Assembly: GCA_044892525.1 (NCBI GenBank)
Contig: CM097885.1
Coordinates: forward strand, 3,412,001-3,476,000
From: Schmidtea polychroa
Lineage: Eukaryota
Length of the DNA: 64,000 nucleotides
Reading direction: 5' to 3'
Under the pieces are notes generated by a model. It did not search any database. It saw nothing but the letters and a program-made list of their open reading frames with translations, and had not been told where the DNA came from. The translations under genes and the position numbers were made by a program. Shown in pieces: positions 22,684 to 34,662 of this stretch; position 1 is the first letter of the stretch, and each line of letters opens with the position of its first letter.

Positions 22684-23661
22684 ATGAGTTCTTATATTCC
22701 TTGTAATAGAGGTGGTGGAACAATAAAAACAGGGTTTAATACAGAAGAAATATTAACTTTAACAGAAAATAAATATATTAATGAAAGAGGTGATTCAATG
22801 AAGGGAGATTTAAATTTAAATGGACACAAGATAAAAGATTTATCTTTACCAATTGATGAAGGTGATGCTGCTAATAAAAATTATACTGATTTAACAACAA
22901 CAAGAATTGAAAGTTCATTAACAACAAAAATTGATTCAATGGAATCAAAGCTTAATAATATCGAACAACGATTTAATGATAAATTTGACAAGTTACAAAG
23001 TCTGTTAACTGAACAAGTTGTAAAGTTAAATACTAGTATATTAAATTCTAAAGATAAACAAATTATGAATACTAAATTTATTACAATATATAATATAATA
23101 AATGAGATGATTACATCATTTAATAAAAGACTTTCAAATTTAGAATCTCATACAACACACATTAACACCACACATAGTATTAGAAAAAGAGCTGCTGAAT
23201 TAGAACAGAATAGAACATTATTACCCCATACATATAAACATTTTATAGAACCAACTTTAATAACAACAAATAGTAAAGAATGGAGTGTTTTTATGGTTGT
23301 AAAGATTATTGATCCTTATTTCTTTTTATTTGATGATGATAATGAAAGAATGAAATGGTTTGTGAAATGTGATTATAATAGTAAGTTTGAAAAGGGTGAT
23401 GTTATAATAAGTGGTTATGATTTAACACATGGATATTGGCATGATAAAACTGATTCACATAAAACACATAAAGTTAAAAGTAAGAATATTATTTTTAAAA
23501 GCACACTTGTACAATATATAGATTTAATATTTTATGAAAAAAAGGTTGATGTTGATGAAGTTCGTAAAGCATTGATGGAATTGTATAAAGACATTCTCTC
23601 AACAAGAGTCTCTTATGATATCCGAGTATTGGTACCAGATAATAAAATCTTATTTTTTTAA
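22684..23661 (+). CDS. Fibre/spike-like protein
   Basis: GDSMKGDLNL..HKI.DL..P....DAANKNY.D fibre-type motif followed by coiled coil. Confidence 0.55.
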   Translation: MSSYIPCNRGGGTIKTGFNTEEILTLTENKYINERGDSMKGDLNLNGHKIKDLSLPIDEGDAANKNYTDLTTTRIESSLTTKIDSMESKLNNIEQRFNDKFDKLQSLLTEQVVKLNTSILNSKDKQIMNTKFITIYNIINEMITSFNKRLSNLESHTTHINTTHSIRKRAAELEQNRTLLPHTYKHFIEPTLITTNSKEWSVFMVVKIIDPYFFLFDDDNERMKWFVKCDYNSKFEKGDVIISGYDLTHGYWHDKTDSHKTHKVKSKNIIFKSTLVQYIDLIFYEKKVDVDEVRKALMELYKDILSTRVSYDIRVLVPDNKILFF

Positions 23662-23669
23662 TTATTAAA

Positions 23670-24269
23670 ATGGAAGAAGTAAGAGAAGAAAATGTTTACC
23701 CAGAATTGTCATCAGGATATTATTCCCCCAAACCTTCGGGACCTTCAGCTCCCACAGAACTTGAAATTATGAGAGTGAAAGAATTTAAATCAGAAACCTT
23801 ACATTTACAAGATTTATTAAAGCATTATAAAAAAATTAAAAATAGATGGAATAAAGGGAATACAGTTTTAAAAGTTATAGGTTATTCTTTAGGATTTGCA
23901 TCTGCAATATTAACAGTTATTTTACCTATAACTTTACCAGTTTTAACACTTGCGCCAGTAATACTTGGAAGTATTTCTGTGGCTGATGGTTTCTTAACTG
24001 AAATAGTTTCATTATCTTATACTTCAAAAAAGAAAAGTTTATATCGTGAAGTTTGTTTGTCAATAGAATTAGGAATCTCTAAATTATTTTTATTTCAATT
24101 AAAAGCTTTGGAAGATGGAATCTTAACTGATGATGAAATAATGAAATCAAATCAAATAATACAAGATATTAAAAATAATATTAATAGATTAAAAAGTGCT
24201 AATGTTATAACTAATGAATATTCTAAAAAAATTAAACGGGAGAAATGGTTAAAGAATTCTTATTTATAA
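23670..24269 (+). CDS. Membrane protein with hydrophobic hairpin and N-terminal YPEL/PSAP motifs
   Basis: 199 aa; helix, two hydrophobic segments, helix. Confidence 0.65.
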   Translation: MEEVREENVYPELSSGYYSPKPSGPSAPTELEIMRVKEFKSETLHLQDLLKHYKKIKNRWNKGNTVLKVIGYSLGFASAILTVILPITLPVLTLAPVILGSISVADGFLTEIVSLSYTSKKKSLYREVCLSIELGISKLFLFQLKALEDGILTDDEIMKSNQIIQDIKNNINRLKSANVITNEYSKKIKREKWLKNSYL

Positions 24270-24347
24270 AATGGGTGTATTTTTAAAAAAGTAGATCAGG
24301 TTGCTATAGTTGCTTAAATTAATTGTCGACATTTCATTATTAAAAAA

Positions 24348-27300
24348 TTAAATATCGTTGAAAGCCAACCTTTGAATCATTAATTTATGATCTTTAAATT
24401 CTTTATCACTTAGACCTTTTATATATTCAGGATCAGTATTAAAATATTTAAGTTCTAAACATATAGGATTAAAAACTTGAGAATATAAAGGCTTCTCGAT
24501 TTCTCTCTCGGGATAAATGATTTCAACATTATAAATATCAAGATCAGTAATTTTTGTATCATATAACTTATTCAACTTTTCTAGATTTTTTATTATCGGT
24601 ATTAAATTATTTCCTATATCATAATTTGATAATGATACTTTTTGAGATTCTATCAAGTGAATATCATGGTTTTCGCTTTTAATCTGATGCACTTCATCAA
24701 TTTTATCTTTATGATTTGGATTCAATGTATCTATATAATCTTGATGAGAAAGATTCTTTGCAACGGATTTCTGTATTCCTTTACATCTGTTATCCTTTAC
24801 AGGTTTTTCTTCTTGTCCCTCTGGAATATAGGATATTTAAATGAAATAATTTCCTCTTTTTCTGGGGTTTTAAATATAATTTCTCGGGTTTTAAATTCAG
24901 GGTTTTCAAATGTTTCGTATGAATATTGTTTAGCACGAATAAATATTCCATTTTCTATAGGAGTAAAAGGTTTTTCATCTTTAAATGAAAATAATTCTCC
25001 AGTTGAATTTATTAAATTTGAAAGTATAGGATTTTCAGCAATATCTCTTTGTAAATCATGAGTTCTTATTGTTAAAAACATTGAATCTGTATCCATTGCA
25101 TGCATTGATATATTAGAACCATATATAGGTTGTAAGATGTTATAATATGTTTCATACATTTGTAATTTTGAAAGTTCTAAAATTGAAAACCCTATAAATA
25201 TTGGTTTGTTGTATGTTTTCTCAAAACTCTTTAGTTCTATTGCAGTAAGACTTTCAGAAAATACTTGTGCGTTTTTAAATGTAGGCTTTCCTAGCATACG
25301 ATTATAACGCTTAATATCTTTGGCAGTATTAGTTAGGAGTTCAATATGAGTATATTTATCAACATTCTCCATTGTCTTCCCAAAGACTGAATTGTTTAAA
25401 AGTTTTTAATTATTATCTTTAAAAAGGTTACCTTCTCTTTTTGCAATGTTTCGACATCTAATGTTCTCCTCGATAAAAGCTTTCATGAATGGCCTCTGTT
25501 TAAATCTTATGACACTATGAACTTTTTTTAATATCATACCTCGTGAAAGATAAAATTGGAGGAGTCTATAGTGACAAAGATAAAACCTTCGATCTGTTTG
25601 ATCACAAAGAAGTTTCATTGTTGGGGGTTTATCTTGTGAGATTTGCCATTCAGAAAGTTCGTTGATATCAATCTTTCTTCTTACAGGAGCTAATGGGAAT
25701 TATCTTGTTCCTGATTTTATATCATCTGGATATAATAAGTCACATTCTACAAAGTAACCTATTGGAGAATCTTTAGGTGTTGAAAGTATTTCTTTTATAA
25801 GTTCTTTTGATGATTCTATTTCAATGAAATCACCCATTGGTAAATATTGAGTCATAATTTCTGAATATAAAGCTGTTGCATCTATATAAAGTATAAATAT
25901 AGGATTTTTCATTGTTTCTAATATTTCTTTTAATTCCTCATTGTTAATTTTTATATATGGATCAGAGGTCTTTGAAAGCATTCTGCTAGTAGTTATTGCA
26001 TTTCTAGCTTTTATTTCTCTATTCCCCATTACTGAAGAGACTCCTCCTCTAATGTTTGTTTTAATTAGATTAAACATATCGAGGTTAGTTAAAAGATCTA
26101 TAATTTTATCAGCTTCTTCTATATTTGAAGTCCAAATGGTATATAATAAAGTATCCCAAGCTAAAGAGGGTGCTGTTATATAATTGTAAGGTTTAAGAAC
26201 AAAAGATTTTGTAAATTCTTCAAAGCAATCTGCTAGAATATAAACATCCAAGGATAAATACATACTTGTATATTCTCCTAAAGTTTTACACTTGAATAAT
26301 TCCCACATTTTATTTGCTCGAGAATATTCTTGATTTGTAATATGATTTTTTTGAAGTTGTGAATAGAAATCTTCTTGGCTAGGAAGACTTGTTTCATTAT
26401 ATCTTTCAAACGAGTCAACATAGTCAGAAGGATATATTCCTTTTGCTAAACATGTAGGATATTCTTCTAGAGGAATATTATTTTTTTCCAAGAATTCTCG
26501 AGTGATTTTAAAATCTTCTGGTTTCATTGTTTTAGCTATTCCATCTAGAGACATTTGAAGAATGTTTAACGAGTCTATAAATTTTAATTTTCCATATTCA
26601 ACTGATTTATATTTTTCTTTTGTTAAGCCGATAACTTTGAAAGAGTTTTTAGCATTTGCTGCTAAATGTTTAATAAATAGATGTATGTCATAACCAAAAA
26701 GATTATGAAATATAACAGGTACAAATTTAGGAGTATGACAATTAAGATTACAATTTTTATGAGCTGCTCCTCGATAATTATTTTCCTTTTTTAAATGATC
26801 ATGATCGAGGACTTTTATATTCGGAGACTCTTCAAATGGTTGTTTACACATCCAACAGTTGGAAGTGTTTTCATATTCTTGTTGTTGTTAATTAGAAATA
26901 TTTTGAGGATAGTTTGTTTTTAATACTTTAAATATTTCATGTTCTAGATCATTTATACTTTTAGTAAAATGATTCAAGACTTCTGTTTCTGAAATTCCTC
27001 GAAATGTATATTCTCTAGATTCTATGAGTTCAGGATAATTACTTTTAAATAATAATTTATAAGCAGATGGTAATTGTTTAGTTTTTTTAACACTATTAGG
27101 TTTATTTCTTTTTCTTAGAAAGGCTTTCATCCTCTCTGGTTTCATCTTCTCTCCTGAGGAGTTCCAGGAATCCATGAGTTTATTTTTTTCTATTATTTTT
27201 AAATATTGTTTAACCAAATCTTGTTTACGATTTATAGATTCAAAGTCCCCATAAAGCACTCCTACTGTTTGTAGTAAATTTGAAAAGTTTTTAAAATACA

Positions 27301-28584
27301 TCTTGGGATTATTAGGCATTTTAATTAAAGCTGGATCATCTTTTTCACAAAATCTTGTATGTTTAATCATAGAGTTTTTAGTTGTTGAATAATGAAGACA
27401 TCTTTTACATGTTCCTCCTCCACTAGTTGGATTCTCTGGTGATGTAAAAGCTTGAAAGTTTTTTATTAAAACATAATGTTGATTATTTTGTTGTTCCAAG
27501 ATTAAAAGATATATCTCCCTAGTGTTATCCTTGGGTTCATTATCTCTAACTTCATAATCTGAAATATAAATTGGAATAATTTCTCTGCTATTAACATGTT
27601 TCCCTTTAACACGTTCATAAATATTAATTTTAAGATTATTTAAACTTTCAAATTTTGGAATGTCTTCTAGTTTCATTGGATGTTTGAATCCTTTGGGAAA
27701 TATTAATTCATTTTCATATTGTTTGTATTTTGAAACTCTTTGAGGGTTTGATTCTTGAGGGTGTAAATGTGCAAGTATTGACCAGACTAAACATTTGTTA
27801 TCATTATTCTGTATGTTTATAACATTTTTAGATTTAAAGGGTGTAGGAATATAAGATTTAGGATTAGGTGGTAATCCTCTCCAATAATCAATCACTAAAG
27901 TTTGGAAAGAGTTGAATACTAAGTTTGAATCTCCTAATTCATTTTCAACTTCTTCTTGTTTTGCTTCTACTGCTTGAATTATTTCTTTGATGGTTTTATC
28001 AAATCCTTTAGTTGAAAATAAATATTTAAAGGGTATTCCAATTTCAACATCTAAAGGTGTTTTGCTTTGATTATAATTTTATATTTTATAACATTATACC
28101 TTGTCGGTTTATAATTTTTTAAAGCTTCAGTGAAAGAATTTTTAATATTTTTTTTATTTTTATTTATATATTCTCCAGGAGTTATAGGTCCATTGATTTC
28201 TAATTGAAATTCATCTACATGATTAAAATCATCCCAGTTATATTTTTCTCTTTCAACATGATCAGGTTCTCCTTCTGAATGACATTCCTCATCGTCAGAA
28301 TTTTGTTTTTTATTTTTACATTCTTTTATATGTTCTAAATAATAGAAATTTACTTTTGTTGAAAAGTTACAGTGAGAACATGTAAATATTTCTCTATTTT
28401 TCCCGATACAATTTTCAAAATGTTTATTATATCCAGAATGTAGAAATCTTCCTTTACATTTAGGACAAACTTTTGAATTTGTATCATTAAGATTGTTTTC
28501 TTTTAATAAATGAGCTTTCGATTTTAAGTGAGAAATTAATCCAGTTTTATTTTTAAAAACTTTATTACAAATATTACAATTCAT
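24348..28584 (-). pseudogene. Protein-primed DNA polymerase B with N-terminal C2H2 fingers; three in-frame stops and at least two frameshifts
   Basis: SYIPTP..IN..NND.KC..WSILA, YGDFES, DHDH, FHNL.GYD, YIDATALY, KLLNNSVFGKT, MDTDS. Confidence 0.95.
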
Positions 28585-28663
28585 TTTTAGAAAAAAATTT
28601 TTTATTGGATATCCTGTTTTGATTTTTTATGTTTTTATATTTATTTTCATAATGTGACAGTAT

Positions 28664-29669
28664 AAAAAATAACAAAAATCCAAACCTAGATAGCGCAGTG
28701 GGCTAGACTGGCACAGTGGTTCAAATGGATGGTGGTTCAAATCCTAACTGTGGTTAGTTTTTTTTTTTTTAAAAATTTGAAAATAATAGTGTGGGTATCT
28801 TAGATTTATATTTTATTTTATTTATTTTTATTTTATTTTATTTTATTTTATTTTATTTTATTTTATTTTATTTTATTTATTTTATTTATTTTATTTATTT
28901 TATTTATTTTATTTATTTTATTTATTTTATTAATTATTTTATTTTTAAACATAAATATGAAAAAAAAATTATTGAAACGGGTGATGGTGGCGAACCGGTA
29001 ATTATCGCCACCAGTCTTTCGAACACCCCCGGATCGATTCCATAATGTGCACATTTATTTCTCAGTTGTTTTCGGACCTCTTTCGAATTCACTTTCGAAT
29101 TCATTTGTACTTTCGAGCAGCACGCTTAAAACACTGATGAAATCGACTTCGTGAGCGAGAAGCGAATAATAAGGTGTGCTGCTATTATCGGATTGATTCT
29201 GATGTATGAGTCTGGCCAGCTTGTATATTAGAAGAGATTTGATAAACGAAAGAGGTTGAAATGATCCGGATCAAAAAAACTGTTGAGGGGACAGTGAAAA
29301 AAAAAATACCACTGTCCCCTCAGAGCAGTTTTACTATTTTTCATTTATTTTTTAATTTATATAATTTAAAATCAATAATCTGATAAAGATCAACTCCGGA
29401 GTTTGATTGCGATCAAAAGTAGTGTGTATATAGCCCTATCCCAAATAGCCCTCTAACTTTTTCATAATGCCATTTTCTTTTCTATTCTCTTTTTAGTTTG
29501 AAGCTTTTGAGTTTGAGGCTTTAAAGATTAAGGGTGGTTGTTGTTTAAAATATGGGGTTAAAATACTATAAAAGCATAGGTTTTAGGTTGTTTTTCTAAT
29601 GGTTTAAGCGTAATAGAGGTATGTTTTTGTTGGGAGGGTTGTGTTGGTTGGGTATATATACACACTACT
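28664..29669 (-). repeat. Right TIR of Polinton A
   Basis: Inverted match to 14589-15581; shares diagnostic bases with copy 2 rather than copy 1 of the duplication. Confidence 0.95.
28981..29052 (+). ncRNA. tRNA-like Pol III cassette 0 (in TIR; minus-strand copies in the left TIRs)
   Basis: A-box-like TGGCGAACCGG at +8, perfect D stem GCGA/TCGC, B-box-like GGATCGATTCC; weak terminator. Confidence 0.45.
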
Positions 29670-30018
29670 TATATCCTTTGATTGCAATTGTTATATACCA
29701 ATTTTCGTTTTCTTTGAAGCTGATTTCATCAAAGGAATCATAAAATCTTGCATATCGGTTGTTGAAAAATGCATGTTGATTACAAGATAGATTCGTATTC
29801 AACCGTTTGAAAACCTCATCAATAGATTTAACATCTAACATTGAAAGCGTGCCGGATAAAAATTGAAATTGGGTAGGAATTAGCTTGATCGGTGACACCA
29901 ATTTCATATTGATTTCTTCTTTTAAAAAATACATTTTATAGTTGTGGAACATTTGAACAGGTTGTACAAGTTCTGGAACAACTTTTGGCTTTTCAGTGCT
30001 TGAAAATTTCTTTGTCAT
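29670..30018 (-). pseudogene. Polinton B gene interrupted by Polinton A (3' part at 14512-14588); possibly OB-fold SSB-like
   Basis: Removing A and one TSD gives ...ITIAIKGYK-VDNNDVYSPIWKIMSARLSQLF*. The SSB assignment is a guess. Confidence 0.7.
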
Positions 30019-30302
30019 CGTGAATTATGATTAAAATGAAATGGTACAGGGTTTTTATACCTATGACTATTGTTTATCATCCAATCAGATTGCTGCATGT
30101 CTTTGTTTAAATTGCATGTCTTTGTTTAAATTGCATGTCATTTGCGTTAATGTTGCATTAATGTTTTTATTATAAATATTGTTTTTTATTATTATTTCTA
30201 ATATTACTATTATTACTTATATTATTACTATTTCTATTACAATTATTATTTCTTTTTCTATTATTTCGATTTACAAAAAACAAAACAATTCAACATAAAA
30301 AT

Positions 30303-30712
30303 TTATTTTGATACAATCTGACTCGAGTGGTGATTTCTCAGAGTCTTCACCAAACACCATTCAACATATTGTTGATAACGGAAATTGCAACAGCTACATC
30401 CGAAAATGCAAGGAACCTCTGGTTTCATTTCTTTCATCCCCCTTCCTATCTTGATATCCCATAGAAAGGTGTTTATTATATCGAATATCCAGATTCGTGT
30501 TTGGTTGTATACCAAATCCGGAATGATAGCTGGATCTCTATCTTGTAGAATTTCATTTAATTCTGGATAATAGAAGCATAATCTTTGCAGGATAATTGAT
30601 TGATACTCATCTATAAAAAATATATATATTAATGTAATAATAAAAATTTGAAATTACCATAATTTGCATGCTCTTTCATTGAGGTGATTGCGGAACTTTG
30701 TATGTTGTACAT
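30303..30712 (-). CDS. Small Polinton B protein with CxxxCxCC, two exons (intron 30611-30657)
   Basis: A 47-bp GT..AG phase-1 intron joins ATG 30712 in frame. Confidence 0.6.
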
Positions 30713-30833
30713 TTTTGTTGAATAAATGACAACTAAACCGAAAACATTTTGTTATAAATAATCATCAGCCAATTAGATTTCGACCAATCAGAATCATGCA
30801 TTTCAATTGCATTGAATTTGCAATGATAAATAA

Positions 30834-31298
30834 TTAATTAAGTGATAATAAAAAATCTAAAAATTCATTTCCTTCAATTATTGATTTAATTTCAGATATG
30901 ATATTATCAACTATACATTTGTAATCAATATTTTTTATTCCAAGAATTACTATCTTACCGCTAGCGAATATATTTACACATATAGGGTTATATTTTATAT
31001 ATCTCAAAGCTGGAAATAATTCTGGTTCGTAAACACATGGTATTAATTTAGCCAATTCATTTAAATTACAAGAAAAACCTATATCGGAAGTTACGGTTAT
31101 CGATTGTATTTCTAAATCATAAACATTATATTCACTAGCTTTGATTATTTCCTTACACCCCATAATTCTACATTTACCAGTTTTGAAATATATTATTGGA
31201 TATTTTTTACTTCTATTGATAAGTTGTTGTGGTTTCCCCATTGGAAATACCATTTTTGATACATCAGCTTTTGCCCTGTAATTTATATTTGAAAGCAT
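30834..31298 (-). CDS. TATA-box-binding protein (TBP)-like protein
   Basis: Two TBP repeats: ...YFKTGKCRIMGC and IQSI..TSD..F..NL..LA..YEPELFPAL.Y...IFASGKIVILG. Confidence 0.88.
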   Translation of the reverse strand: MLSNINYRAKADVSKMVFPMGKPQQLINRSKKYPIIYFKTGKCRIMGCKEIIKASEYNVYDLEIQSITVTSDIGFSCNLNELAKLIPCVYEPELFPALRYIKYNPICVNIFASGKIVILGIKNIDYKCIVDNIISEIKSIIEGNEFLDFLLSLN

Positions 31299-31404
31299 TT
31301 TAATGAAATAATTATAAAAACTCTGTTATATATATAGTTATTTTAAAAAAGAGTTCATTTAAATTATCAATATAAACAATAATTATATAGTTTAAATTTA
31401 AAAA

Positions 31405-31875
31405 ATGGAATTACGAAATGATGCAGTATACCAAATCGTTGGTCCGAGTGGTAGTGGAAAAACATTATTTGTTTGTAAATTACTAAAATCTAATTTGTTC
31501 AAAACAAAATTCAACAATATTTATTGGCATAGAGGCGCCAATGAAGAACATGGATTGACGCAAGTTTCTGTCAATTGAAAAACATGAAAATAGTAAAGGG
31601 TTTTGATAAAAACTGGTCAAGTCGTTTGAAGAAAGATGATGTCATCATTATCGATGATTTGTATCAAGAAGCCAATAAAGAAAAGGATTTTAATAATTTA
31701 TTCAGAAAAATCAGCAGACATGTTGGTGTAACAGTTATTTTCATAACACAAAATCTATTTCATCAAAGTGGTGCACATCGAACACGTAATTTAAATGTAC
31801 AATATCTAGTTATTATCAAGAATCCTAGAGATGCAAATGTCATTGATTTTCTTGGACGACAAGCATATCCATTTT
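31405..31875 (+). pseudogene. Packaging ATPase of Polinton B (frameshift ~31565, 3' deleted)
   Basis: GPSGSGKT, IIIDDL, SRH...VIFITQNLF, N.QYLV..KNPRD. Confidence 0.88.
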
Positions 31876-32050
31876 CACATTTGTTTTAGCTCCCGATTTT
31901 GATTTAAATCAGAGTCAACTACCACAAAACGGGAATTTACGACTGGATATTAAGTTTGCAAAGGCCATTACAGAACCGGTACATGTTATAATATATGGAG
32001 TATTTGAAAATGAAGTTCAAATTACTGCAAATAGAACCGTGCTAGTATAA
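31876..32050 (+). pseudogene. C-terminal remnant of major capsid protein
   Basis: LAPD...GNLRLDIKFAKAITEPVHVIIYGVFENEVQITANRTV*, a typical Polinton MCP C-terminus. Confidence 0.75.
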
Positions 32051-32078
32051 ATGTATATTGAAACATAAAAAATTTGTC

Positions 32079-32463
32079 ATGGAGTAAGTTTTTTGTTACT
32101 GTTTAATTTTATTAAAATAGTTCTGTTCAGGTTAATCGAATTGGAAAACAAATATTAGGAAATGAATTTGTAGGTGTTTTTCCTCTCGATAAAATTCCTT
32201 ATTTGAGTAATAATCAAGCCATAATTGTCAATACTCATTCGTCTCATCTTGGTGGAGAACATTGGATAGCTATATATGTGAAACCTAGTAATATATTCGT
32301 ATTCAATCCTATGGGTTTCTATTATCCTGCTTTGTTGATATCAAAACTTCAAACAATTGGGAAACCTATTGTATATAATAAAACTATGTTTCAAAATCCA
32401 TTGACTCAAACATGTGGTCAACACTGTTTGGCATGGTTGTTGTATAAAAAATCTGATGGTTAA
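32079..32463 (+). CDS. Adenain-like protease of Polinton B, predicted intron 32084-32120
   Basis: MD|SVQ..FVGVFP.D...IVNT....GEHW..Q....TCGQHC. FNPMG stands where FD is usual. Confidence 0.85.
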
Positions 32464-32808
32464 TAAATGTATACTGTATGATTTTTATTTGTTGATTATT
32501 TTAATTATTTGTTAAATATTATTATTTTATGTTTAAAATATTATTTGTTAAATTTTATGTTTAAAATTATTATGTAATACTATTACATGTTCAGTGCATA
32601 CACAGTGCAAAGTAACAAAGCACTGAGTAATAAAGACATGTAAAGGTCATTATTTCGTCATAGTTTGTATAAACAAACATGTAGTGTCTTTTCCTATCCT
32701 ATCTCTATTTTCATTGGTCGGTTAATAAAACCTGTAATATCTCTCTTATATAGTATACACTTTCATTTTTTCATCACTTTTAAAAATCTATTAACAATAT
32801 TTAACAAC

Positions 32809-33126
32809 ATGAACAACAACAACAACATTCAAAGAGTTTACGGAAAGATCGTTGGAGGAATTAATGGTAAATTTATTATTTTATTATTTTATTATTTTTA
32901 ATATGATTATTAGGTACTAATCAACAAATGAATATCGATGGACAAGCTGTAGACATGAATAGAATAAATGGTAATAGTTTACTATTATTATCATTATTAT
33001 TTTTATTATGCTTTTAGATGAAAATGTAATAAATACTTCTGCTGGTTCTGATGCTGGAAAATTTCTTTCGAAAGGACGAAAATGTAAGTATTTATTTATT
33101 GTTATAAGTTTTGAAGTTTTTTAAAC

Positions 33127-33174
<48 letters not shown>

Positions 33175-33768
33175 TAAAAGAAGAATATAAAGAAACTTAT
33201 GAAAAGAAGATTTATTCATGAAAATAAGATATTTTAATAGAAGATTTATTTATGATGATTTTGAAAGGAAGATTTATGAAAAGAAGATTTATTTATTTAT
33301 GATGATATTGAAAGGAAGATTTATGAAAAGAAGATTTATTAAATATGGTGATTTTGAACATTAAAATTAATAACTTTTGTATATTATTTAAAATCATAAT
33401 TTATTTTAATTATTTATGAAAGATACTATTTAAAAGACAATTTTGAATAATATCTTACGAAAAATATCTTAAACTATGAAAATGATTATTAAAATTATCT
33501 TAATATTTTTTAAACATTTTATGATAAAAATATTTTCATAGGTTTGAAATACCAAAACTTTTGTAATAGTCAATATCATAATGACTGCGATGATATAATG
33601 GAAAGATATTATAGTCATAAATATAACGGTGTCACCTACATCCTATGCCCTAAATGTGAGGTTATTGAAGTTATAACGTATAAGGAATTTTATAATAAGC
33701 ATAGACTCCATCTCCAAAAATTTAAACCTTCTAAGAAATCTCTTTTCTATAGCTTATATGAATCGTTT

Positions 33769-33848
<80 letters not shown>

Positions 33849-34662
33849 TAATATCAACAATAATAATACTAACAACACCAATAATAATTATGATATAAAC
33901 GAAATAAATAATCTAAAAGATCAAGTAAATAAATTAAATGATCAAATTAATAATCTAATTAATATGAATAAAAGAAAAAATAATGAAAAAATAAATTCAA
34001 TACCAAGTAAAAAATCTAAAGTTATTGATGTAATTACAATAAGTGATGATGAAATTGTTAATAATAATAATAGTAGTAGTAGTAATAATTATTATAATAA
34101 TAGTAATAATAATAATTATAATAATATTAATCAAATAGGTTATGGTGTCGTAGATGTCACCAGTGATTTAAATAATAATCATATTATATTAAAAATGGAC
34201 GTTTCGTCTTTAGATTTAAAAACGGTCTCTGTACCAGACATTTTAATAAATAAATTAAATTTATATGTAAATAAATTAAAATCATGTAAAATTCAATTTT
34301 GTCTAAAGGTGGAATTTATAAAAGATGATGAGTTACAATCTTTTGTAATCTCGAATTCCGCCCGAGTTTGGAGCGATACATTCATTTACGAAGGTATTGC
34401 TCGTTTAAATGAAAAAATAATTAAAATTAATGAGAAAGGTAGTAATTGGACTATCAATAATATAGAATACATAAGCTTTGTTCTGACTAAATTTGCTGAA
34501 ATAAGTCGGTTAAGTGGTAGAAGTTTTATTGAAACCCCAAAATCTTTAAGAAACTTAAGCTGTCTCGTTAATGTAGTTAATAATGACCACTTCTGCTTTT
34601 TGTATAGTTTCTTGTTAATTAATAAATATGACAGTATAAAATATATATTAATTAATGGATAA
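32809..34662 (+). pseudogene. Spliced N-terminal part of pPolB (introns 32867-32913, 32971-33017, 33084-33541), truncated by an insertion
   Basis: Three GT..AG phase-1 introns give one frame; GSNW...GRSFIETP..L..LVNV.N.D..CF.YS is the pPolB N-terminal motif. Confidence 0.75.

Larger units (their letters stand above)
14589..29669. mobile_element. Polinton A: full-length Polinton/Maverick (adintovirus), 15.08 kb
   Basis: 5'-AGTAGTGTG...CACACTACT-3' termini, 6-bp TSD TATATC (14583-14588 and 29670-29675), ~1 kb TIRs, full core gene set. Confidence 0.97.

Noticed and set aside
16761..26890. Stop-codon reassignment or readthrough to explain in-frame stops in Polinton A
   Set aside because: All three stop types are involved, at different expected residues; frameshifts also occur; and TAA/TGA end genes normally.
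29116..29185. Hammerhead ribozyme (CTGATGA core)
   Set aside because: No GAAA correctly placed after stem II and no stem III/UH site that I can build.
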